From: Paraspadella gotoi
Lineage: Eukaryota > Animalia > Chaetognatha
Length of the DNA: 64,000 nucleotides
Direction: 5' to 3'
Assembly (NCBI GenBank): GCA_051294375.1
Contig: CM119270.1
Location: 684,956-748,955, forward strand
The notes under the pieces were generated by a model, which worked only from the letters and a program-made list of their open reading frames with translations, was not told the origin of the DNA and did no database searches. The position numbers and the translations under genes were made by a program. Positions 30,701 through 44,870 of this stretch are shown here, one piece after another. Within the stretch, counting starts at the first letter, position 1. Each line of letters begins with the position of its first letter.

Positions 30701-33700
30701 TGTGCCTGGTATGAACAGAGAGGGGCCTTGTCATATTTCTCGGAAAAACCCTTTAATAAAAAACCGCCTCAGAATCATCCACCAATAGGCAAATATTAGG
30801 CCACCTTATATGCTGTAGCTCGCATACCTGGTTAAAGGACCTGGATATACATTTCCGCCTCGCCCTTAAATCACTACGAAGCAAATACCATCAACCTACT
30901 CACAAGCGCGGATAAACCCATTTGACAAGGAGCCACGTTTCAAATTCACTCTCGCTAAACATGTGAATATACATCATCTACTCCCCTATATATTTTAGCT
31001 CCTTAAATAAGTGTTTTCCTTGTTATAAATAAAGTACTAGATTGACTCCTCCATCCAATTCTATAGTCGTTGTGTCTATGTAGTACAAAGGCTTGCTGAT
31101 CAGGCATCGAAACGCTCTGGACTGTCGGCCTGTAACTTTATCCAGCGCTGGAGAACATCGGAGATTCATTTGAGAGGAAAGCCATTTTACGTCTGCTCAC
31201 GCTCGAAGTAAGGCGGGAGAGGATCTCTCTGTCAGGCTGCGTCATCCGATATCTTCTTCATACAAACTCCGACGCTAAGGAATCAAATAGGCGTGATTTC
31301 GATCCGTCGTGCCTTGCGTCAGCTCATGAGCCACAGGGGGTGTCGGAAGAGCTCCGTGCATCCAGGCATCGTTCTGGCAGTCGGGGTTTGGTCGGTCTCT
31401 CTTGTCGGAGTACGGGTCGTTGTGCAGATCGGTCTTTGTTTGACGCTCGTGTGACGGTCGTTTGCGATCGAATGGAGCGTCAGAGGTTGACGCGTCGGTA
31501 ACAAATACAGTCGGGATCGAGCTGAGTCACGTGGAGATCAGATATCATCTTTACGGTCGCCGATCGTTCGAATCGCGTCCCGACTCTCGAGTCGCTGCGG
31601 TACACTGCGTTCTCAGAATGAGTGTGTTCGACGTAACATCGGATGTTGAGCAGCTATGGAGAGTGCCGTTGCAGTGTTCCGTCTATCATGTCAATCTGTC
31701 GCACGTATTCGTCCGTTCAGCACAGCTGGTGCGGTCCGTTCGTCCGTCACTCGTCATCGTCGTTCGTCGTCATTCTCCTTGCCGGTTGTCGTTTCGTCGT
31801 CGTCAGGCGTCCTAAAATTTGAGACATCCGAGTCGAAAATAACTTGGTCGCCCGCACCTAACGTTTTGAGCGGTCCCACCGTGTTCGCACTGGCCTCGCC
31901 GTCCAACAGGTGGGTCATCGGTCCACGGGTGGTTTTCGGCGCGGTCGGTGCCCGCGTCGGGTTCGTTGGTCCGTCTCTCACGGGTCGGGTTCGGTCGTTC
32001 TCACATCGTCGTTCGTAAAAACAATCCTAGAGTCGTTCGTCGTAACATCACGTCATCGCTCAGATAATCGATTTTGCGTCGTCTGTGTCGCTCCTCTGTC
32101 TTGGTCAGTCTATCGTCGTCGTCCGATCCAGATCCGATTCGTCTTCGTTCGTGCGCATCGCGGAGATTCGTGGATGCGTGCGCTCAACTCACTGTGCACT
32201 ACAGTGTAGTCGTTGCCGAGTCGTAACGGCTACGTCTCAGATATGCTGAGTCATTTGTTCGGCTTCAGACTCGCGTGCTCGTGTCGTCATCATCGGCCTC
32301 GTTCGTCCATCCTGCTTCCGAAGCTTTCGGCATGACCATCAGTCAATCCCACGTTCGTGACGTGAGAAACCTGTCTTGTCGTCTCGACGAATCATGCGTC
32401 CATTCGTATTGACTTTCGCGTGGTGTGCGTTCCGTCGATTCCATCATATGCCAGTACGTATCTGCTAGCACCGCGTCGTCCACTACCCTAATTTACACTT
32501 CAGCATCATCCATGTCGCGACGCCGCTCGTTTACTGCGTTTCGGTACAGTCGCGGCGTGTGAGAGTGCGCATGTCCGTTACTCACGTCATCAGAAGTTTC
32601 CGGTTGTCAATGCCCGCGAATGTCGCGCTCGTCTAATCTCGTTTCCCCTGGTTTCGGAGTCGTCGGTTCGTCGGCACGCCCGGTTATCTGTAGCACTTCC
32701 GCTCGTATTACGAGTTCAGCTTCGTCGCGCTCGTTCGTATCGGCTGCTGTCTTCGGGAGGGTCCTCTCTCAGTGTCATCCGCTTCGAGAGTTTGCTAATC
32801 GGCATCATATCGCTTCCACATCTTCGGAGAGTCTTGTCTGGGATTTACGTTCGCCCAGTCATCGGGGTCATCGGTCGGTTCGTCGGTTCGTCGTCCGTTC
32901 GTTTCGCACTGTCGAGAGATCTTCTATACGTCACGGCCTTAGTCGTGCATTCGTCTCCATATAATGCCAAACTGGATCCCTCGTCCGTTTGCTGTGAAAC
33001 GACATTACCTTATCGCGATCCGTTCGGTCATCATCGTCGTCTGTAAAGCATCTCGCTCACAGCAATAGCGGTCATCCCTGCGATGCAACAGACTTCCGCG
33101 TGCGGGTCCCAAAACAGTGTTCCAGTCAGCTTCCACGGTCGTTCGTACCCGCGTTTTCCGTTGGTCTCTCGTCGGAGCGACTGCCGCTCAACGCGGTAAG
33201 TAACTCGGGGCGCTCTCCGCAGCCTCGAGAGAGTGCTTACCTTCGGGGAAGACTCCTCGCCATGGGTTCCGGGCCTTGACGCGGTCGGGTCATCTCCGGA
33301 ACCTCGACAAACCGGGAGGTTTTTCAACATCGGGTCCTGCAGGTTGAATCAATTTTTCCCTCCGTGTCAGGAGATGTCTCCTAAATGATCTCTCCGCCGG
33401 ATGAGCTCTGGCGGTCGGTTCCGTCATTCGGGTCGGATCGTCGTCGGTTCGTCGGGTCCATCGGTCGTCTTTTTGTCGTCGTTGTTTCGTCGTCGTCGTC
33501 CGTAGTCGTCGTTCGTTTGTCGTCGTCCGTTCGTCGGTGTTCGCGTTCGTGCGTTGTTCGTCGTCGTCGTTCATTGTCCGTCGTCGTCGTTCGTCGTCGT
33601 GTCGGTCGTCCGTCGGTGATGGAGAAAAAACAGATACCTTGGCTCAGAATGACGATGAAATGAATCAGAAAAAAAGACGTCTTACAAATAAAATACATTT

Positions 33701-34729
33701 AAACAATTGCTCTATATTTTTCACTTATATTTTTGATTTAAATTAGCCTTGAAGAATCCATTGCATCTGATGAACAGCTGACCAAAATTGATCAGGATGC
33801 CACGGTAGTGACCAGTGCCTCAATCATCCTGCTTGCAGTGGAAGGATCTACAGCCGCAGCAACCTGCGGTCGATGGACAGCTGCTTGGGCGTCGGCGGCG
33901 GCGGCGCCTGTCACTGACCCCTCAATTCCCAAATTCTGTGTTGACCTTTGAGGTCAAACGATTTAATGAGATGGAATTCACAAGTTTCTCCCTCCATCCT
34001 TTTTCTCTCTCATCCTCTTCTCTATTAAACTTCACTTTCCTCTTCCTCTCTCTTCTCCCTTCACCTCTCTCTCTCTTCCTCATCCTATCCTCCTCCCTCT
34101 CACTCCTCTTCGTCTTGCCCTCCGAACTCTTCCTCCATCACTTCTTCCACTTCTCCTCCCCATCTTTCTCCCTCCCTCTCCCCCCTCTTCCTCCCTCTCT
34201 TCCTCCCTCTCCCCTTCACCGCCTCTTCTTTCCCTCTCTCCCTCCTTCCTCTCCTCCCCTCTCTCCCCTCCCTCTCTCCCTCCTCTTCTTCGCCCTCGTC
34301 TGAGTCCGTAACCTTTTACAATTCGCAGCGACATCCTTACATTTCCAGTCAATCACCTTCGTGAACGCAACGACAACGACGACGAACAACGACACAACAA
34401 ACGACATTTCCTAACGAGTTCCTTTTTCCCTCCATTTTTGGATCTTTCAAATCATAATCCTTCACCCTGAATCGTCGCAGTCACTTACCCGGTTCTAATG
34501 ATCATACTACAGATCATACTACAGATATACTACAGATATTATACAGAGTTATTTAAAACGTCTTGTTGTGAAAAACCTGCATTGATTAGGAAATTATCTT
34601 GTAAAAGGGATAAAGGCCTTAATTAGCTTATTTATATTTAAAAATAGCTTATTTATTGAATAATGGAATTTTTATATTGGTATCGATTCTCATACAGTGA
34701 GTCTCTGTAATTCTCTGGAACTTTCTTTC

Positions 34730-34761
<32 letters not shown>

Positions 34762-34824
34762 TTCGCTCCTGCTCATTCTTCTTTGACTCTCTTAGTTCCC
34801 GTCTTTTCTTTCTTTTTTCTTTCG

Positions 34825-34860
<36 letters not shown>

Positions 34861-37800
34861 CTCGTAATCGTCTCCTTTAATTCCTAACCTTTTCGATGTT
34901 CATCGCCTACTAATCCCTAAATGTTTCCTCGTCTCATCTCGCTCTCTGTCCCTCTCCCCCCTTCTCTATTACTCCCCCATTTCAAAATCATCCTTCAGAC
35001 TCCAAAGCAGAACATACTGACCAAAACTCTGACCCATTTATTTCTTGCCAAATTCTCTTCGTTTCTCCCTAAAATTAATTTAACTTTATTTTACATCTGA
35101 ATATGTTATTACGTTTATCCAACGCTTATCGCCCACTCTCTCTCCTCTCTCCTCTCTCTCTCTCTCCCCCTCCTCCTCTCACCTACCCCCTCCATCCCCC
35201 AACCATTAACCACCATAATCTTTCCCTTCAGCAAACATTGAAACGAATTAACGGCTTCGGGTCGCGAGATTGATATTGCCTTTGCAGTACCCCGTCGCTG
35301 GAAGCTCAGGGTCATTCCTCTCTCTCTCTCTCTCCCTTCTGGGTCCCGTTCTCTCTCTCTTCTCTCTCTCTCTCTCTCTCTCCTCTCTCCTCTCCTCTCT
35401 TCTCACGTATTCGTTAAACAATCTGTTGACATTTGATTCAGTGGTCAACGTCCCGCGCCGACGACAGACCGACGACGACGAGACGAACGCGACGACGACG
35501 ACGACGACGAGACGTATCCGGACGACGACACGATTTTGGATGTTGAATTTATCTCCTCTCGTTACGAAACCTTTGAAGACCAATGATGTGTCGGCCCGCT
35601 GAAAGACAACGAGGTAACGACACGACACCCACGACGACTACGACAACGAAGTGAAAAAAACAACCGATGAAGAAGAAAGAAAACAACCGATGAAAAAGAA
35701 GAAAACAACGATGACATTAAGATTAAAGATTTGTGTCAGAGATTGATATAAACAAGCGTCACTTAATGTAAATAATTTTTTTGGTAACGACACGTATCTA
35801 AATTCCGCTATTTGTTAAGAGTTTAATTATAGTACAATATCGCTGTTTTTAAAAGTACAGAAAAGTTTTTCTGTTCAAAAAAAAAAATCTTAAAAAGAAT
35901 TAGGATCGAGCCTCCCTCAATGAATAAAACAATATTGATGCGATGAAAATAACAAAGGATTGATGCGAAGATTAACCAAATATGATGCGATGATAACCAA
36001 AAATTGAGCAATGATAACGCAATGATCGATGTGATGGATAACCAAATGATGATGTGGTGGATAATATTGTGAAATTGCATGTTGGAGTTATTACGCTCAT
36101 GAGGGTAGTCATTCATTGATGCGTGATAGTCATTCATTGATGCAACCTGAATCATTCATTTGCATATAAACAAATGCTGTGTATGAGTGAAAGAGAGAAA
36201 ATAAAGAGAGAGAAAAGAAGAGAATAAAAATCTCGGGAGTAATTTGGATTTTGCATTGAGAGAAAAAAGGCGAGACAAATTGGCGTCTAAAAGTTTTTTA
36301 AAAGGAAAAAAAATAATCAAAATTTTTCAAAAAACGATCATGCAAGAGAATCGTACAAGAAAGAGGGAGAAAGACAGAGAGATGAAAGAAGACCGAAAAG
36401 AGAAGAAAGAGACAGAGAAAGAGAAAGCTGACAGCGCTTAAAGGCCAGCTGTACAGTAGGCCGGAACAGGTGTTGAAAAACTAAAAGAAGTTCTCTCAGA
36501 ATAAATTGGTAAGTGACTGTTAGAGAATATGAAAAATAAAAATTATATTTAAAAAATTATTTCATTAATAATCGCACAGAAGCCTTTAAAGATTATTTTA
36601 TTACTATATAAAGTTAAAAATTTTTTTTGAATTTTTCAATTTTTTTTGATAGATTCTGGATAGAGCTTTAAAAGTTAGAATAAAAGGTAATTAATACAAA
36701 TTTTTAAATTTTTTTGTTTTTTTGATCAAAAATTTTAAAAAACTATAAAATTCAGCCAATGATGATGATTGATGAGATTTTTTAACGTTTTTTCTGTTTT
36801 TAAACCATTTCCTTGTCAAAATTTTAAAAAAATTGTAGTACTAACATTCATTTTAACTTTTCAAGCTTTATAAGAATCCGTTCTTAAAATAAATTTTTTA
36901 AAAATTTTTTGTCACTTTGTATAATATTAATAAATATGTTAAAAAGCCCTCAGTGCAACAACCCAATGAACTAATGAGAAAGTTGGCATTTGAAACATCG
37001 ATTTTAGTAATGGAAGGAAAAAGAAATTTTTTTGAGAGAATTAGAAGTTAATAAAAATGTTTCAATTTTTGGCCCGCCCTTTAACTGTACAGTTCACTGC
37101 AAGAGCCTGATAACTCGTTTTTAAAGGGTCAGAAAGAGGCAGCAACTGAAACAAAAACTGACAAAAATAAGAAAAGAAATATATATATATTTAAAGAGAG
37201 AGAAAGAAAAGGAAAAAAAACTGTTTACAATGGTTTACAATTGGAAATTTTTAGCAAATTTTTCCAATCATAGGTTGTTGAAGGATTTTATTTTTATTTG
37301 TATAAAATTAAGATGTAGCTTCTCTATTAAAAAGTTCCTTGAGTTCCCCATTTTTATTATAGATTTAAAAAAGAAATTTTGAATTTTCAATCTTCAATAT
37401 TATAATACCTGCAATATGTAAATTAGGATTGAAAGCATTTTTATATACTAATATACTATAATCTCATTTGCATATTGCAGTAAATCATAAATGAAGTGGA
37501 AATTCAAACAAAAAATACTTAAAATTTCGGAAAAATTGTAATAAGAAAATATCAAGCCTATTTAAGAATGAGCAGGCCATATCTAAAATTTTTAACTTAC
37601 TATGATCGCACACTTTTATAAACTTCATACGTAATTATATAATAATTTTTATTTAAAAAAAACGTAAGTCCAGCCAAAACTATAAAAAGGGTAGTAGTTT
37701 TTTTATACAAAAAAAGCGTGACGCCGACGACGACGAGACGACGTCACAAGAGAAGCTGACCCCGAATCAATATCGAGCCTGAACCGGCTTTCGCCGGTCA

Positions 37801-37938
37801 TGGCTCGATAAAGAAGAAATATTTTGAACTAAAAGAGAAAGATTTTCTCTTTCCTCTTTTGAACCCTTCGCGTCTCTCTCTCGCTCTTCTCTCTCTCTTA
37901 TTCTCTCTCTCCTGCTCTCTCTCTCTCTCTCTGTCTCT

Positions 37939-37988
<50 letters not shown>

Positions 37989-39648
37989 TTCCTTTTCACT
38001 CGCGACCTTAACATGTTCTGTGGTGTTCATTTGTTTATTTCCCTTCGACGCTCGTTGTCATGCGACGACGCGCGATGGAAGGAACAACAGACGATAATAA
38101 CAACGACACGACAAACGACATTAATAACAACAACGACGACAAGAGGGAAATAGTAACGTAACCTTTGCCGATTTCAAAAAGTTTGACTCTTATGAAAACA
38201 GACGACGACTCAAGATATCGATATGAAATGCCAAGGGAACGACGACGAAGACGACGACGACGGCGACGACGACGAAATAACCGCAATGACGATAAAGTCA
38301 TAGAGAGGAAAAACTAAAGTTGAAGGAAAAAAAGTGAGAGAGAGGAAAGAGAGAAAGATAAAAAGATGATAAGGATGAGAAAAGGGAACATAGTGGGGAT
38401 AAAAAAAGAGGGGAACATATGGATGGAACAAAAGAGGGGAACAAAAAGGGGAACAATAAGAGGGGAGAGCGGAGAGGAAAAAGGGAGAACGGTTAAATAG
38501 GGGAACCAAGATGGGACAAAGAAACATTAGAGGTGAACAAAAAGTGCAAACACCAAACACCCGACGCAGGGAGCGAGGGAAAGGAAAGACAAGAGGGAGG
38601 AGGAACAAATCGGAAACATTAGAGGGGAACAAAGAGGGGAAGCAAAAAGGGAAACCATGGAGGGGGGCGGGTACCGACGAGCAGTAGCCATCCGGTTATT
38701 TCAGTGTATTCGGCTATTAGCTAGAAGGTCGGAAGAGGTCATGCGATAAAAATTTGAAAAAGGTGGTAAATAAATGACAATAACAGGTAAAAAGGGAAAA
38801 ACAAGTCAAAAGAAAAAGAAAAATAAAACATGCACAGAAACAATAGGGTCCGAAGAGAAGCAGAGGAGGAGAGAATAAAGGAATAAACAACGAAATAAAG
38901 CAGAGAAAAGAATACGCGTGAAAGAAAAAAAAAGGTTGGACGCGTACGATAAGAAGAAGTATAAGGAAGCATTTTTTAAGTCAGACTAAGAATTCGCGTC
39001 CAAGAGAGACAAAAGAATGCGACGATGACAGACGAAAACACGTCAGACGACTGAACGACGGACAAAGACGATCGGACGTAAAGACGGGCAAAGCCGGACG
39101 AACGCAACCGAACGAACGAAAAGAAGACGACGCAACAACCGACAAAGACGACTATCGAGAGGACGACAACGACGACGTGACAAAAATAGAGCGGAAAAAC
39201 AACAAACGAGAATATAAGGGTTGCTTTGGTTCCCTGCTAGCAGTTTTGATCCTCGGCTGTGATCTTTATTGTTTCCCACGTTAAAATGATTTTGCCGAGG
39301 AGGTAATTTTTTTAGTATTACAGTGTGTTATTTAGAAGCAAAAAGAGTAGCTTAGGGTTTTCTGTCCAGTCCTGTCTTTACGCCAACCTATCTGTCTATC
39401 TGTTAGCGCGCGGAGCTGAAAATTTCTGCACATTCTAACTTATATCATGACATGTTGTCGGGCATTTCATAAGTTCGTGATCCGGTGGCTCATGAGTAGA
39501 TAGCCATCAGCGTCATGACCACTGCATTACCGAGGTTCACACACCTTAATCGCCTTATCCGGCAGACACACAATTAGGGAATAATTTAGACATTTGATAA
39601 TAAACATAAAACGCCGAATACCCNNNNNNNNNNNNNNNNNNNNNNNNN

Positions 39649-39682
<34 letters not shown>

Positions 39683-39705
39683 CTTTTCTTACCTAGAGGT
39701 CTCTC

Positions 39706-39715
39706 GTTCGAATCC
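39706..39715 (+). promoter_or_regulatory. Isolated Pol III B-box-like motif, probable SINE remnant
   Basis: gaggtctctc-GTTCGAATCC-gcg, resembling a tRNA variable loop/T-arm; no A-box visible upstream. Confidence 0.3.
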
Positions 39716-39829
39716 GCGCGTTGGAAAGTAATTTTTCACGTCGGTCTACAACTCCCCAACAAAATGTAGCCAACAGAAAAGTTCTTCGTTTATTTTCTTT
39801 CTTTAGATTTTAAAATTTAAAAGTTATTT

Positions 39830-39863
<34 letters not shown>

Positions 39864-41557
39864 TTCAATATCTTTTCTCATTCCGACATCCGTCTTCCCC
39901 ACATTCTTCCTTTTAAATTCTCATCTTCTTTTCTCCATCCCTCCTCTCCACTTCCCCATCCCCTCCTCCTTTTCCCCTCCTCCCAACACCNNNNNNNNNN
40001 NNNNNNNNNNNNNNNNNNNNNNNNNNNNNNNNNNNNNNNNNNNNNNNNNNNNNNNNNNNNNNNNNNNNNNNNNNNNNNNNNNNNNNNNNNNNNNNNNNNN
40101 NNNNNNNNNNNNNNNNNNNNNNNNNNNNNNNNNNNNNNNNNNNNNNNNNNNNNNNNNNNNNNNNNNNNNNNNNNNNNNNNNNNNNNNNNNNNNNNNNNNN
40201 NNNNNNNNNNNNNNNNNNNNNNNNNNNNNNNNNNNNNNNNNNNNNNNNNNNNNNNNNNNNNNNNNNNNNNNNNNNNNNNNNNNNNNNNNNNNNNNNNNNN
40301 NNNNNNNNNNNNNNNNNNNNNNNNNNNNNNNNNNNNNNNNNNNNNNNNNNNNNNNNNNNNNNNNNNNNNNNNNNNNNNNNNNNNNNNNNNNNNNNNNNNN
40401 NNNNNNNNNNNNNNNNNNNNNNNNNNNNNNNNNNNNNNNNNNNNNNNNNNNNNNNNNNNNNNNNNNNNNNNNNNNNNNNNNNNNNNNNNNNNNNNNNNNN
40501 NNNNNNNNNNNNNNNNNNNNNNNNNNNNNNNNNNNNNNNNNNNNNNNNNNNNNNNNNNNNNNNNNNNNNNNNNNNNNNNNNNNNNNNNNNNNNNNNNNNN
40601 NNNNNNNNNNNNNNNNNNNNNNNNNNNNNNNNNNNNNNNNNNNNNNNNNNNNNNNNNNNNNNTCGCCTTTTCCCCCTCTCTCCCTACTCTTCTCCCTCTC
40701 TCTCTTTCTCTCTTCATATCTCCCTCTCCTCCCTCCCTCTCTCTCTCCCCCGCTCCCTCTCTAATTTCGTTAAACGTTTTTCCCTAAACGAAGAACCCAA
40801 ATTTCTTCATCTCATTCATCATCGTCGTCGTCGTCGTCGTTGTCGTCGTCGATCAATCCGAGGGAATCGATCTCAGCGGCGGCGGCGGAAGCGGCAGCGT
40901 TAGCGGCAGAGCAGCAGCATCGGCGGCAGCCGCGGCGNNNNNNNNNNNNNNNNNNNNNNNNNNNNNNNNNNNNNNNNNNNNNNNNNNNNNNNNNNNNNNN
41001 NNNNNNNNNNNNNNNNNNNNNNNNNNNNNNNNNNNNNNNNNNNNNNNNNNNNNNNNNNNNNNNNNNNNNNNNNNNNNNNNNNNNNNNNNNNNNNNNNNNN
41101 NNNNNNNNNNNNNNNNNNNNNNNNNNNNNNNNAACTGGGCCCAAGCGGACGCGAAGTCCCAAGCAATCGCCAACCAAGCAAAGTTGGCGATTGCTTGGCT
41201 TGAGAAGTAGATAATACGAAATAGAGCCTCTTCTCTACCATGGTTTAGAATTCCTTGCTTTCCTCCTCCTATTTCTCCTTCCCATCCTCCTCTTCTTCCT
41301 CCTCCTCCTCCTCCTCTTCCTCCTTCCCATATCTTCCTCCTTCCCATCCTCCTCTTCCTCTTCCCTCTTCCTCCTCCTCCTCCTCTTCCTCCCACTCCTC
41401 ATCCTCCTCTTCCTCCTTCCCTCCTTTCCTCCTTCCCATCCTCCTCCTCTTCCTCTTCCCTCTTTCTCCTCTTCTTCCTCAACCGCCACTTAACTGCTCC
41501 TCCTTTTTACAATTAATTTCCTCCCAATGGACGAAAATGTAATGAAGGAAAAAGAAG

Positions 41558-41614
<57 letters not shown>

Positions 41615-42548
41615 CGAAAACGGAGATTAATCGGAAGAAGATATTCTTAATGATGATGAAGATGACGATGACGATGATGACGACGATGTTTATAACGGTG
41701 ATGATGATGATCAATGTCATTTATTGTTAGCGATAAAGTAAGACGATAGAGAGGTGCGGTCAGAAAAGCGTAACTGTCGGGCAGAGAGAATCGGGCAAAA
41801 ACTGGGCGGAGATCGAGGAAGAAAAAGATGAACGGAGGAAGAGAAGGGGGGAGGGCGTGGGGGAGGAAAGGAAGGAAGTTAATGACAACGACATCGTCTA
41901 CAATGACGATGATAACAGAGACGACGACGATGATGATGACAACAATGACTCAGATGAAGACAAACAGGACTGCAACAAGTACAAGGAAACCTTTGACAAC
42001 TTCTTAAAGCTATCTACCTTACCTGTTCTTTCTTCCCTACCCCCTACTTACCTCTTTTCCCTACCCCATACTTACCTTTCTTCCCTACTCCCTACTTACC
42101 TCTCTTTCCTCTCTTTGCCCCTTTTTTATCAATATCCTTTATCAAACCGATATTATTCACACACTCCTCGGTCAATTCCACAGAATGTCTCCCTATACTC
42201 GCATCTTATATTTGAAATTAAGTTAGTTTTAACATTTTAGCGGAATTATGAATTAATTATTTAGTTAATTTAGTTAATTAATTTTAATTATTCAATCATT
42301 TAAATGATTTGTCAATGAATAATATAATTAGCTTTTAATTTATAACAATTAATTAATTAATAAATTTTTTTATACGTTCCGAACCCTCGCAGAAAAATTA
42401 AAGATAAGGGATCGCGAACTTGAAAATTGTTACTAACACGCCAATGAGATAACCCTTAGCTAAGACTAAGAATATAATTCAGTTTTATATTCAAACCTTA
42501 AAATTGTTTAACCAAAAAGTTAAAAATAGCGACGAAGGTTTGGTTTAC

Positions 42549-42867
42549 CATTTGACCTCCTTATGTTACCCGCAAACCCGTGTTCCAAGACACCATGAAC
42601 CGAGTTCAGTACATTCCATGTTGCCCTTCTGACATGGAATTCAGCAAACAACGTATTTGGAGGTAATTTTTTGTTGTAACCAGGATGTCATTTTTCATTT
42701 TATTGCGCCCCGCTTCCCCAGTAGACCGGCCAGATGGACGTTCGATTTTATTCTCAAATTGACCCAAATGGCGGATCTCCTTGGAAACGACCCACCGTCC
42801 TGCGACGCACTCTTGGAGGCTGGGATTAAAGCGGGTCGCCTTGGCCCGCCGAGATGAACGGGGTCAA
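42549..42867 (-). CDS. Candidate exon with apparent frameshift errors (..TRFNPSLQECVAGRWVVSKEIRHLGQFENKIER.. / ..HPGYNKKLPPNTLFAEFHVRRATWNVLNSVHGVLEHGFAGNIRRSN)
   Basis: High-complexity island between AT-rich flanks, bounded by aatcag acceptor and G/GTAAAC donor on the minus strand; needs indels to stay in frame. Confidence 0.3.
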
Positions 42868-44464
42868 CTGATTATATATAATATGAGAAATTATATTAGA
42901 ATATAATCTAATAAACTATGTAAGATGAGTTAATTTTATTTTATTTTTTTTATTTCTTATTTAATTAGTTTGGTCTTTTTTTTTTTTTTTTTTTTTTTTA
43001 GCGGAGTCATTTCCCTCTCTATTTCTTTCTCTACCCCTCTCAGCTCTGTCTCTCGCTTTCTGCTTTCGAACTCCTCTCTCTCTCTCTCTCTCCTCTCTCT
43101 CTCATCGTCTTCCTCTCTCTCTCTCTCCCATCTGCTCATCTCTCTCTCTCTCTCTCTTTCCTCTCACACACATAACAACATCCTCGTTAAAATTCCTTTT
43201 ATTGCTTTTCCTTCTTCACGGATCAATTGTTGTTATCGCCTCCTCCCCCTCCTCCACTTCCCCTCCCTCTCCCCACCTTCTTCCCTCTCCTCCTCCCCTC
43301 CTTCCTCCTCTCCTCCCCTCTTTAGCAATTCTCTGCCGCCTTGGCACCTCAATACGCGGTTGGCTCGGCGTCTTTTCGGACAGCTCATAGGCCGAGCCTG
43401 CACGGTGCCCGCCGCCTGCCGCAGCCCCGCGCTGGACCCTTCGGTTCCCTCTTTACAATCAGCATAATCCTCGGAGGAGAAGAAGTACTGACGTCGTATC
43501 CTCTATGTGTGATCGTTCGGCCCTGGCGTGTTCTCCGCTCTCGCCTCGCCGCTTCGCTCTGCTCTCTCTTCTCTTTCTCTTCTTCCTCCTCTCTCTTGTT
43601 CCATTTGGTTTTTTTTTTATTTTTTTTGTTTTTTTTTGTATTTCGGGCTTTTTTTTTTCTTTATCTTACTCTGATCTCCTCCAGGAGAACTGAGGAGAAG
43701 ATACCGAGAGACGCGGCGATGAGGTGAGGCTGTGTGAGAGAGGGAGGAGGGGAGAGCAGGCGAGAGAGGAGAGAGAGAGAGTTGGAGTATTTCCGATAGT
43801 GTATGAACAGCTCGACGAGAAGGACAGAAGAAAGAGAGAAAGAGAAAGAAGAGAAGGAGAGACGGCACAGGAGCTGGGTGGACTGTGCCAACTTTAACAA
43901 AATTTTTTTCCTGGTTCTCATTGTCGTCTGGAAGCTTTAATCCCGGCAAACTCGCGTTGAATATTTTAAGCACAACACCTCAGAATTTTCTCCCTCTCTC
44001 TCCTCCTATTCTCTATCTACTTATCTCTCCTCCTTCCCTCTCCTGTCTCTTCCTTTTCTCCTCTCCTTCCTCTTCTCTTCCTCTATACTACGTATAGTCC
44101 CTTTTTAATAACTTAACGATGGGATTAACATGAGAGGAGTTAATGATTCGGTCTTGAACCGTTTACCGCTTTGAGAGAGAGAGAGAGAGAGAGATGAGAG
44201 TGAATGCGAGGAAGGAGAGAGAAGAAGAAGAGGAGAAAAGAGAGAAGAAGGATAGAAATCAGATTATAATTCAATATAATCATGTTTCCTCAACAGTGAG
44301 GCCTCTTCCAATCCTTTATTTCCTTCACTTGATTTTATTTCTTATTCCCAACTTTTTTTTATGAAAATGTGCGTGCAGACTTTTTTTGAATTTTGGCGCC
44401 AAAACAGAGAAATAAAAATATTATCGTCGCTGGAGAAGAGGAAAGGTAAATTCGTCATAATGAG

Positions 44465-44572
44465 CCAAATAATAGAATAATAATAATAATAATAATTACA
44501 TAATAATAATAATAATTAATAATAATTTAATTAATAATAATAAATAATAATAATAATAATTAATAATAATAT
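44465..44572. repeat. (AAT)n microsatellite
   Basis: Direct inspection. Confidence 0.92.
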
Positions 44573-44870
44573 ATAAAAGATTCATAACAGATTATAGATT
44601 TTAAAGGTAAATAAATATGCCAATGTTGTAGTAAAAATTAGCGACGTCGGTTTTTAGGCCAAACGATTATTGTAGTGCAGTGGAGATTAAAGTAAGTGCA
44701 CGACGAGTAGGGAAATTTACGATTATCCCTCGACTTTTTTTGGAAGACATCAGCAACGGAATCAAAACTCAATAAAATAGATCAATAGTAAATCCAGAAA
44801 AAAGAAAGACAGGAAGCGAGGGAACTAACGCGGAAAATTACCCGCGGCTTTTTTTCTAATTGCGTTGTTT

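Noticed and set aside
29300-33400. Horizontally acquired or viral GC-rich insert with several ORFs
   Set aside because: Contains collinear mirrored anchors of 25500-26900 and GTC-biased noise; no coherent ORF; best explained as low-quality read sequence
36480-37570. Mitochondrial insertion (very AT-rich)
   Set aside because: No recognisable mitochondrial gene, rRNA or tRNA; partly explained by the AT-rich fold-back repeat
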